Assembly: GCF_003918875.1 (NCBI RefSeq)
Contig: NW_025764967.1
Coordinates: 248,001 to 312,000 of the forward strand
Direction of reading: 5' to 3'
Length of the DNA stretch: 64,000 nucleotides
Source of the DNA: Haliotis rubra
Lineage: Eukaryota
Positions 13,768 to 24,600 of this stretch are shown here, piece after piece (position 1 is the first letter of the stretch; the number at the start of each line of letters is the position of its first letter). The notes under the pieces were generated by a model, which saw only the letters and a program-made list of their open reading frames with translations, was not told the DNA's origin and searched no databases. The translations under genes were made by a program, and so were the position numbers.

Positions 13768-14114
13768 TTAAGTTTTCATTGAACATGTATAAATGACTGA
13801 AAAGAACTGAGATTCTTTGTTAGTAAATAGTCAGTTGAAATAGAAAGATCCATACAATGCTGGATTAACTATAGATGAGGCTTCCTAATGACGTCATAGA
13901 TTCCCCGTCTCGCAATGTAGTGTAGTAGTGAGTTTAGCTCTACGCCACACTGAGCAATATTCAAGCTTTTCGGCGGCGGTCTGTAAATATTCAAGTCTAA
14001 ACCAAACAGTCCACCCTGGGCACCCATACATGCCAACACACTTCACCTACTTGACGTCGTCAATCGGCTTACTAACCACAAAATGGTCCCGATTCTGGGA
14101 TATATAAGCTTACG

Positions 14115-14975
14115 ATGGCAGCCGATTCTAATAATCTAGTTACAAGCTCACAGCTTCACAACTACTTCTTCTGCTTCTGATTGGAGATAGATATTTATCA
14201 ATACAGAAGGAACCAGGCACCAAAAAGAAGAAGAAAACAGAAACAGTTTTGGGTACGTGCGTGGTTGAGGTTGGAAAGACGATTGCAATTTTGAAACTAT
14301 GACAATCTCCTATTTGAACTCAGATTCGAAGACATGTCTACGTCTTCTTTCTTCAACTATCTCCGAATGCCTCCTGATATGTTTGATGAACTGCTTTATT
14401 CCCTGTCTCTCAGACTTACCAAAAAAGAACAAACTGCAGGAAAGCTCTGAACCCTGATCTGAAGTTGGCAGTTACCATAAGCCACCTAGCCTCTGGAGAC
14501 AAGTACCCCTCCCTCTCCTACCAGTGTGAAATCACACCACAGCCATCTGATCTTTCTCACAGAGGTATGCCAAGCCATCGTAGACCACTACAAGGATACA
14601 GTGATTGCATGTCCTGCCACTCAAGGGGATTGGAAGACCATCAGTCTGGAATTCGAGCAGAGAAGGAATCTTCCTCATGTTGGCACCCTCGATGGAAAAC
14701 ACATCGTAAACCACCTGGTAGTGAATGCCTCTACCACAAGTACAAGGGTTTCTTCTCCATTGTCCTGTTCGCTCTAATTACAGATTTCAATGGGTGGACG
14801 TCGGAGGCCTGGGTCATATGGCAGATACACAAATCTTCAATGCCTCAGAGTTGAAGGAGTCTATAGAATATGGCAGCATATGCTTGCCCGAACCTGAACC
14901 ATTGCCAAATGATGATCTGCATATGCCTTACTTCATACTTGCAGATGACTTGCATTTGCCCTTCGTCAATATCTA
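14115..14975 (+). mobile_element. PIF/Harbinger (HARBI1-like DDE) transposase relic
   Basis: WVRAWL, FFNYLRMPPDMFDELL, KLAVTISHLASGD, GTLDGKHI, YKGFFSIVL, WVDVGG..D.QIF, PYFILADD; several frameshifts. Confidence 0.88.
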
Positions 14976-15124
14976 ATGAAACCCTACTCGTGCTGATGTG
15001 TGGCTTTGACAGCTCTGCTTTGTTCCATGTTGGGGATGTGTCGGGAGTTAATCGTGGTTGATCGGGTGTGAAGCGTGGCATTACGGGGATGACACGTGGC
15101 CGTCTCTGCCTCTCAATGAAAACG

Positions 15125-15610
15125 GGCAAGTTCCTATCAGCAAACGCACAATTCAGTATCAATTACATTCACATGGCTTCAAACGGCGGGTTTCAAAGAA
15201 GAAAGTTGTGGTTAGAGAGATCAATCGTAAAAACCGAGTTGCGTGGTGTCGTGAAAAGAGAAGGTGGACAGTGAATGAACAGTGGAAAAAAAGTTATATT
15301 TTCTGATGAAAGTCAAATTGTTATTGGGCAGGATAAGTGTGTATACGTGTCGAGGCAGACCGGCGAGGGATGGCCGCCCGATTTAGTGTGTCCAGAAACC
15401 AACAGAAAATATCAGGTTATGGTGTGGGGTTGTATTTGTTGGAATGGTGTGGGGACACTAACGGCTGTAGATGGTCATATAAATGCCAACAAGTAGGTAG
15501 GCATCCTAGAAAATAATTTATGGCCGGTTATTGCAAGATATTTCCCAAACGATGGGTATTTATTCCAAGATGACAATGCCCCAGTGCATCGTGCGCGGGT
15601 CATCAATGAA
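15125..15610 (+). mobile_element. Tc1-like transposase fragment
   Basis: WKKVIFSDES, VMVWGCI, LFQDDNAPVHRAR. Confidence 0.88.
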
Positions 15611-15619
15611 AACAATGAA

Positions 15620-17302
15620 AGGCACACACCCTTGAAGTTTGTAGGAGCAGGACAACCTTCTCAGTAAGGGCCCTCACAGTACCAGAGTGCCCACAGAAGG
15701 GGTACAGGGACTCTTGGGACGGCTCCCTGACTGCCCTGAAAGCCGCTCAAGATGAAGACAGCTATCTCTGACACCTGCGTAGATGGGTGGATGGGGGTGA
15801 AGTACCATCAGACTCAGAACTTTATCTGTCTAGGAAGGCCGCTAAGTCCTATCGGGTGGATAGAGAGCTATTCAAAAGAAACGAGGTCGGAGTACTGGTG
15901 AGGAAAGAGATTCCGGCGGTGAATAAACCTGAAAAACTGCTGATCCCCAAGACCCTACAGCGAATGGTGCTATATCAGATGCATGACATCCCATCGAGCG
16001 GACACCTGGGAGTTACTAAGACTAAGGAGAGGATAAAGGAGAGGTACCATTGGTACCAGTGCGGGCAAGACACCAGGGACTACGTGGCCGAGTGCTCAGC
16101 ATGCAACCGGAACAACAAACCATCACGGCAGGCCCGGTCGAGGATGACTCCCTTCCATGCGGGGGCCCAATGAAGAGGGTGCACCTGGACTTTATTGGTC
16201 CCTTGCCCACGAGCAAAGCAGGGAACCAGTACATTCTCATGATGGTAGACCAATTCACCAAAATGGGTGGAGTGCGTGCCTCTCCCGCGCCAAAAAGCAG
16301 AAGTGACAGCAAGGGCAGCGGTTAACGAATTCTTTGCCTGGTTTGGGTTCCCACTCCAAATCCATACGGACCAGGGCAGGAACTTTGGGAGTCGGCTGTT
16401 CAATGAAATCTGCCAGCTGTTGCAGGTAACAAAGACCAGGACGACACCCTACCGTCCTTCCTCGAATGGACAGGTGGAGAGATTCAACCGGACACTGATG
16501 CAGATGATCCGCTGTTATATGTCCAAGTCTCAAACCACGTTGGATGAATACATGCCCCAGCTGGCGGGGGCTATGAGGTCCGCGGGGAACCGCCATACTG
16601 GCTAGACGGCCAACCATCTGATGCTGGGCCAGGAAGTAAATGTTCCGGCGGATCTGATGTTCGGGGACCGGAAACTTCCCGCAAGAGAGTGACACCAGTG
16701 CATACGTTGCTGGGCTGCGAATAGCTATGGAGAGTGCTCATGCAGCGGCTCGGAGTAATTTGCAGACCTCGGTGGAAAGGATGAAGAGACATTACGATTT
16801 ACACACTCGATCCCAAAGTTTGGACCAAGGACAACCTGTGTATGTGTTAGACTTAGGGGCAACCCCAGGACGGTGCAAAAAACTGTGCCCTGTGTGGAAG
16901 GGGCCTTACCTCATTGGGAAAAGGCTGTCTCCTACCCTGTTTGTGGTGGCAGGGCAGCGGAGAACGTTCATGGCCCACCATGACAGGATGAAGTTGTGCC
17001 AGGATCGGGTTGTGCCTCGCTGGATGGAGAGAAGGAAGAAACGCGAGGAGGTCCCCGCTCTAGAGGGGGAGAGGGATCTCATTACAAAGGCAGAGGACGG
17101 GGAGGAAACAGGGTCCGTCTACTGCCACTGCTGCCAGCCGGATGACGGGGGTTTTATGATTGCCTGTGATGGCTGCGATGGGTGGTTCCATGGACCCTGT
17201 GTGGGGTTGACAGAGACCATGGCTAAGGCCATGGATGAATACCACTGTCCCACCTGTGGATCAGGAGCAGTGGGGCCCTTGGGAGGTGCAGAGGCATTTT
17301 GA
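15620..17302 (+). mobile_element. Gypsy LTR retrotransposon pol 3' part: integrase (HHCC, DDE core, GPY/F) fused to C-terminal PHD finger; 5' truncated, frameshifted
   Basis: HDIPSSGHLG...CSAC; RVHLDFIGP, VDQFTK, IHTDQGRNF, TTPYRPSSNGQVERFNRTL; WKGPY; YCHC...MIACDGCDGWFHGPCVG...YHCPTC (17120-17257). Confidence 0.92.
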
Positions 17303-17411
17303 TCTTTGGGGGCGGCTAGAGGTGTAGGATAGTACAGGCGTGGGATGAGGGAAGTAGAGGTTGGTGGGTACTGTTTACTCCATCGGTTCGGCGATGGAGT
17401 TGACAGTAGTT

Positions 17412-17437
17412 CTGACAAATGGTCTTCTTGTTTGCAG
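17412..17437 (+). promoter_or_regulatory. Putative splice acceptor upstream of the second Gypsy ORF
   Basis: CTGAC branch-like motif (17412-17416), pyrimidine tract tcttcttgttt, GCAG|G at 17437. Confidence 0.5.
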
Positions 17438-19374
17438 GAATCCGCAAAATACTCATCCTTGAGGAGAAATGGAGAGAAAGAATCAAGCTGAGAAGGAGGG
17501 GGTTTGGAGAGAGAGATCCAACCCCGGAGCAGCCATTAGGCAGTGCTTGGTGGAGGAAAGGAAGGTGACGGTGCGCCCAGGTGAGACCCGGGTGACGGTG
17601 TGCCAAGAGCACACAGAGAAGACTAGGGTGGAGGAGAGAACAGAAGAGACCAGGGTGATGGAGCACCCAGAAGCGATCCCGGGTGATGAGGCGCCAGGAG
17701 GAGAAACGCTGGGTAGTGCGTCCAGAGCATCCAAGTCGTCGACAGACGCAGGAGCACTGCAGCGTCACGAAGATAAGAGGAGTTCGAGGTGGAGGGTTCA
17801 AGAGTAAACGACCCACCGTGGATGGGTATGCCTGGGGCTGGGAGCAGTTGTCGTCAGACGCTGAATCCCAGCTGAACCGTCGGCCAGTCCATGGTCACAG
17901 GGTCACAAGGGGGAAGTCTATGTCCCGACAGACAGGGATCATGCTTTCCTGGCACATCTTCCACCCTACTTTGGGGCAAGATACCCCCAGGGGAATTCCA
18001 CCGACAAGGAAGTCCTCGAGAAGGTGGTCCAGGGACTACGTCAGCTGGGGACGTGGATCCTGGGGCCTGGGGCCACCCGGGAAGATCTTTCCCTCTTGTT
18101 TAACAGAAAAGTGAGGCTATCTCGGGATTGCACGATTCACGAGAGCTCAGTCGCGGGGATGCAGCGTTTGTGTCGGACCCAGGGATGGCAGATGCCGGTG
18201 AAGTTTGCTTTGCAGCCACTTAACTCCCGCGGCCTGCTTGAAGCAGTGGAGGGTGCTGCTGCACCTCTTGAATTTTGTAGCCCCAGACTGACAAAGGGAG
18301 TTCCGTCTCTTTCTGGTGGCAGTGCCGTCCCACCCTCACTGGACTGCCTGAAGCCAGGCCCCTCAAGAATGGGACCAAGACCTCCTAGAGGTGGGTGCTC
18401 CGGAAGCCATGTGGTTGCCCGAAGATCGGGAGCTCCCTCAAGAAGGAAAGGAGCCGGATACAGAGCCAGATACAGACCTGGGGACTGCCATGGATCAGAG
18501 AGCCGTCATGGGGACAGAGTGGTGGCCAGCAAAACAAGAGGGCGCCCCTGGGGGAGAGGAATCGGCAGAGGGGTAGGATGGGATCCCCTAGGAGCCGATC
18601 CAACTGGACCATCTGTTTGATGCCCATTTTCATCTGGACCGAACGTGGGCGGCCACGTTCGCCCGTACACCGGCATGTCCCGAAGTCAACCACCCCTTGG
18701 GACAAGTGCCAGTGTGGGGGGTGGAAGTACACTGCGATCCTCCCACCTATCCTAGCCGGGTCAGCACCGACCCAGCTCACCCCAAGAAAGCCTCTTGCCT
18801 TGATGACAAGGTCTTCAGACGACTGCTGGGGTTGTGGGGGGATGCCAGGTGTTTTGATTGGGGAGATCGGCCTGGATCGTTCCGTCCCAGCCTGGGAATG
18901 GAGGAAGCGAGAGCTCGTATTAAAGGAGTTGTTACCACATGTTCCCGCGGGGAGGGCTGTGATAGTCCACGTCAGGGAGCCCGCAGACGATGTGGAGGCC
19001 AGTGCAACCCATGCTCGCCTTGTCCAAATACTGAGAGGGTTCCTGCCTCAGGACCAGCCCATAGATGTACATTGCTTCTCCGGTGGGGAGGAGGTTGTGG
19101 AGGAGTGGTTGAGGGCGTTCCCGGGGTTATACTTCGGGTTCACTGGGCGAGTTAGGGATTTAACCCAGAACAAGTGGCGGGGTTGAAAGTGGTACACAGG
19201 GACCGGATACTGCTGGAAACCGACTCCCCTTATATGCCACCCGAGGGATACAGGGTGAACTCCCCGGCATTGTTGTGCTTGGTGGCCGACCTGGTGGCGG
19301 AGGTCAGAGGGGTCACCACGGAGGAGCTGCTCTCGTCCACTAATGAGAATGCAGTTCAGCTGTTTTCCCGGTAG
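17438..19374 (+). pseudogene. Gypsy-borne extra ORF: charged low-complexity N-terminal region plus C-terminal TatD-family nuclease domain (18619-19374); frameshifted
   Basis: DAHFHLD, HPKK, IGEIGLD, IVHVRE, HCFSGG, YFGFTG, ILLETDSPY, final helix TNENAVQLF; GC/purine composition continuous with the integrase region. Confidence 0.88.
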
Positions 19375-19446
19375 AAGGGCCACGACACCGCTCCTCGACA
19401 GAGGGGAGTCGGCACAGACATTGGCAGAAGACGGTGGGTTCTGCCT

Positions 19447-19965
19447 AAGAGAAAGGCGGAATGGGAACCTCGAGTGAGGGGACTGGATGGTTCCACCTCA
19501 AGGAGGACTGGGTGCCTCATCTCATAGGAAGATGGAAATTGGAAAATGAAGTGCAAGGGTCTGACCCACCCGAGGCGCGGGTGGAAATTAAATCTGGCGA
19601 GCAGGGAATTGTTGGCTCCTATGAACTGTGTGATGCGGGGTCTGACCCTTGGATTTGGGGGATAGAAAGTGATTCCCCCAAGTGGACATTCATAAAGAAA
19701 CCCCTCAATGAAGAATCCTACAAGAGGGGTATGATGGCGTTCATTCCGCAGGAAGGAGCCTATAAAACAGGGAGGGATGTGGTGATCGGAGCTATCAACC
19801 GGAAGTTGGAGGACTAGACGGAAAGTGCCGGAGACTGCCGATCGCCACAGCGAGTTCGTGGAAGCCATCTTGTAAGAATACACACTGCCTTACCTAGGGT
19901 CTACCTAAAACCGTGGGTTGGGGCATATTTACTGCAAGGTGGGAGCCGCGACTAACTCCATTAGT
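19447..19965 (+). mobile_element. Probable polypurine tract and 3' LTR of the Gypsy element (right end uncertain)
   Basis: AAGAGAAAGGCGGAA (19447-19461) then TG; TATAAAA at 19761; no second LTR in window to confirm. Confidence 0.45.
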
Positions 19966-20004
19966 GGTCAACATCGTAGTGGACCTGGTGATCACTACAC
20001 ATTG

Positions 20005-20250
20005 TTAACATTGAAGTGTTCTGTCAGAAGATGCATTGTTAATTATGTGCTTATCGCCTCCGACTGTTGTGACTCTGGGATGACCTGGTACATATTCCAC
20101 GGACCCATTGGCCTGAAATCTTTGCAACAGTCTACCAATAGCACTCTGATTCACATTAAAGCGGACAGCAACCTTCCGCTGAGTTTGACCAGATTCCAAA
20201 AGGCCAAATCCCTGACCCATTTCAGCAAGTGTCAAAAACGTCTCATTTGA
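20005..20250 (-). mobile_element. Tc1-like transposase N-terminal HTH fragment
   Basis: GLLESGQTQRKVAVRFNVNQSAIGRLLQRFQANGSV...GHPRVTT..DKHI. Confidence 0.75.
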
Positions 20251-21396
20251 AGCTGCGATTTCAAACAGGAACCTGAACAGTGAAAATGCATCAATGCATG
20301 TGTGTTGTCCTCCACCTTCCATGGATGGAGCAATAGCACGTGCAAATCATTGACATTTAGTGGCAGGTTGATTTCCATATTGATAATTTGTATAAGAAAT
20401 GTGCCATTTGTAACATAATATATCGGACGTTAAAGAACGTAATAATGACATTTAAACGGCCTGATGTGTTTTTCCATACTCTTAAAAAAGTTTGTAAAAC
20501 ATTCAGTTGTATATATTTCAAACAAAAACGATGATTTTACAACTTTTAAGAAATGGTGTTTTCACACTTGAAAAAGGCATTTTATTAACCCCTCTTTTCA
20601 TATGTTGTACAGCAATAGCTTTTGTGTTCACAGGTGATAAAGAATATTTACTTACACAACTTGTGTTACAGCTTGTAAATAATAGCACCATGTATTTGTT
20701 CTGCGTAACATCAAAAGTATTGTAAATCTGCGGATGTAAATGCTGGAGGATATAAAACAAATCATTTATTCATTCCTTCATATGGAGCTTCACATATTTT
20801 TTCACAAGTCGTGTCAGATTCTAATAATTTCGCCATAATGCTCATTAGTATGCAATATACCAATACAGAGAGCAAAACACCTTTGGAAACTTATTCGCAC
20901 GTCTGCCTTCGAAAATGTAAAATTTGCTGGGAAATGTCATGCAGAAGTAATGTTTTTAATATGCACGTGCACGTGGGTTCTGAGCAATCGTGAGCAGGGA
21001 CATTGTTGATCTTAGAGAGCCATTGGCTAAATGAAGGAATATGCTTATATGCGACTCCCAGATAAAGATTCAACTTTGCAGTAAGAGAATGGCTCTGACC
21101 ATAATTCACGTTCATCTCCAATATTCTGGGCGGCCAACGGTGTGAAACTGTTTGATTGCCAGAACATATCCCAGACATTTTGCTAAAAAAACCAATAACA
21201 TATGTATAGTTGAGATAACAGGTGCCGTACACTGAGAGTGTGGGTTCGAATCCAGTTTTCTACAGAAACGAATGTATGTTAAACAAGCTTTATTCAGCAG
21301 CAGTATGTAAACGTAAAGTCGGGAACAAAAAAAACATTTGTCAAAACTACAGAAGGACATTTATTCACGATTTACACGCCCCCGAATCATCTGGAA

Positions 21397-21677
21397 TCAC
21401 GAGCCAACATCCACAGTCTGTGAGTAGTAAGCAGTGTATCCACACGCATCAATGGCTGTTACAGAGACATAAACGTCAGTGACAGTTTGAGGGTGCGAGG
21501 ACAGGTTGAGGACCATCTGTTCCTGACGGGTCAGCAGCCCGTCCACTATATCTGCCCCACCCTCTACCCTGCCCACCATCACCTCATACACCAGCTGGCC
21601 CAAGGGGGAGGTAAACAGGCCCGGCCAGGACAGAGTCGTCACCCTGTCGGACGTCCTGGACGAAATCATCGCAGCTG
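21397..21677 (-). CDS. FN3-repeat gene, terminal exon
   Basis: tttcag acceptor; LSWPGLF..YEVMVG..GGADI..VYVSVTAIDACG..DVGS*. Confidence 0.85.
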
Positions 21678-24600
21678 CTGAAATGGTATTAATTTCACAT
21701 TAATTATATGGTTGGCACCAGAAAACAGGTAAGACACAGTATTCAAATGTGAAGCATTCAAATATACATTTATTACTGGTACATACTGCATCCTGTTTGA
21801 CAATCTTTGACACAAAACTTACTGTTCAGACTTGGTTGAGGTCCATGCATGGTGATGGATGTTTCTGTCGGGTTCCCAGCCTTGTCCAGCACGTGCATGG
21901 CGCTGATGTTGTAGGTTGTCAGGTCGCTGAGCTTCAGGCCACACAGCTGGGCGGATGTGTATGTGAATATACTGGGGACGCTCTGCTGGTACAGCAAACT
22001 GCTACCCTCGATGCGAACCTATATTTTTTCATCAACAAACAAACAGGTATGAATGTAAGATATACGTGTATGGATGGAAGTTTCCAGAACTGTAAGCGCC
22101 AGCTTCATTAGTTGTACTGATAAAAGGGCACCTGTCTATGTAGTAGATGTCAGCTGGAGGAGACCTACCAGGGTGGTGTGAGGGGTCTCGGTTTCTCCTC
22201 CCTCCCACTGAAGTCTCACAGTGTCTCGGGCTACGTGACACTGGTGTCTGTCTGAGAACACGGAGGGGCTCTCCTCCAGAACCTTGAAGCCAGCAACAGA
22301 TGCCATGTCCTCACCGGACACGAGAACTACGCCATCAGATGAAGACTCGGAGACCTGCCCGACCTTGTTATAGCAACGTACTGTCGTGTACACCTTCACA
22401 CTGGATGAGATCACAAGATCAGTCAGATTCCACCTGATATATCGTACTCCATGGTTAGTTCTAGCAAACCGACGGACATCGTCATCTCCTGGGGTGTGTC
22501 CTGCAGAGGAAAGGACAGCTATTCACACAGAAGATGGATACAGTACCCTTAGGACACACAAAGAAATGATAAAACAAACACAAAGCACGCAGTTTCTAAA
22601 TACTTGTATGATTTCAATGATTAATGTATTTATAACTTGGGATTAGTTTTCATTTTAACAACACACACATAGTATCACCCACAGTTGTCTCACTGTTCCC
22701 TACCTATAGCGACGTCACAGCTGATGGAATCTGACTCTTCATCTTCCACAGCCCAGTTGGCTGCCATGTCCCCTGGTGATAGGAAATCTGTATCCACACC
22801 TAGAAACGGAGCATTATGCCTGTATCATCATCATACAGCAATGGTGGCAAGATCATACTTATGTGGTGTTGACCAAATCATTATATCGCATTATATCACT
22901 ACTGCATAAGGCCAAGCTGAGACATAAATGTATTTGGGGACAGCAACCACTGCCATTGTCAGAAACGTTTTATCTGTATATATTTCTTATGCTCTATATT
23001 TAATGGAACTGGTTCGATGTTTATGCTGGAGGACTGAAGACCCCGAGTTTCATCACAACTCAGTAGCATTAATCTATGTCAACTTGAAAGGACACCTTTG
23101 GTCAGAGTCCTTAATATCAATGTGTTGTAAGAAACATTTCACTTTTTAACAGCGGAATCTCTGGTACTGTTGTGTGGTGTTGGACTATTTGAGGAGAGTC
23201 AACTCTGGGTATTCTTTGCACGGACGTTGTAGATTTACCTGAACCATCGTTGACTTCTTGTATTGTTGGTGGTGTCATGTCCACCGTCAGGGGGTCTGCT
23301 CTGGTCAGTGATGTCAGGCCGGCAGCGTTAGTGGCGAGTACCGACACATACAGTCTGGAGTTGTGCGTCAGTTTCTTGGCAGAAAGTGTTCCTTGAGGGT
23401 TGCTACCAACGTTCGTGAAGCCTTGTAACTGTGTACCGCCTTCCACAAGACCTGCATGAAGAAGTGATTTCAACACATAGTCTCTTTAAGCTGCTTAGGT
23501 CAATAGTTTTGGTTCCGTATCACGTTCAAGTCTAAGAAATTATATAGTTTAAATTATTATTTTTTTAAATTCATTACCATATCTCACCTAAAGAACGTTA
23601 GACCATTCGATAATCATTTTCTGTGTTCTACTGAAGATCGCCGGTTAAACAGTCACCAGAAAGAAGCTTGCTTGTAACCACCCACGATTTACATTCCTAA
23701 TGTGAGTCCATTCAGCGCTGATGGGTTCGAAATAGACAATAGCCTGATATGATACTTGCCTTATAACAATACGGGCGTCCAGAGTTACATTTATCACCTG
23801 CGTCGTGTTTTTCTCTCTCAGACAACGCGGATCCGCCGTGGTGTAAACCGTCAAAATCAGTCGCTATCAAGAGTATCCCAACTCTCGCCTAGTATACCGA
23901 CAACCAGCTGGTAACATTGCAATCGGGACCTTGAATATCCACTTGTGCAGAAAAAGAGACTCACCTCCTGCCCACTGGTACAAGGTGATGGGAGACTCAT
24001 CTACAGCCCACTGGAACATGGTGATGGGAGACTCACCTACTGCCCACTGGTACATGGAGATGGGAGACTCACCTACTGCCCACTGGTACATGGTGATGGG
24101 AGACTCACCTACAGCCCACTGGAACATGGTGATGGGAGACTCACCTACAGCCCACTGGTACATGGTGATGGGAGACTCACCTACAGCCCACTGGTACATG
24201 GTGATGGGGGACTCACCTACAGCCCACTGGGACATGGTGATGGGGGACTCACCTACTACCCACTGGGACATGGTGATGGGAGACTCACCTACTGCCCACT
24301 GGGACATGGTGATGGGAGACTCACCTACTGCCCACTGGGACATGGTGATTGGAGACTCACCTACTGCCCACTGGAACATGGTGATGGGGGACTCACCTAC
24401 TACCCACTGGTACATGGTGATGGGAGACTCACCTACTGCCCACTGGGACATGGTGATGGGAGACTCACCTCCTGCCCACTGGAACATGGTGATTGGGGAC
24501 TCACCTACTACCCACTGGTACATGGTGATGGGAGACTCACCTACAGCCCACTGGTACATGGTGATGGGGGACTCACCTACTGCCCACTGGAACATGGTGA

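Noticed and set aside
11657-13771. piggyBac element
   Set aside because: TTAA fits, but the termini are AGGG..CCCT, not the CC..GG typical of piggyBac
18619-19374. Bacterial contamination or host TATDN gene
   Set aside because: Intronless, frameshifted and embedded between Gypsy integrase and PPT with matching composition; no operon context
19461-19817. 118-aa ORF after TatD as a fourth retroelement gene
   Set aside because: No recognisable motif; overlaps the probable LTR with its TATA box
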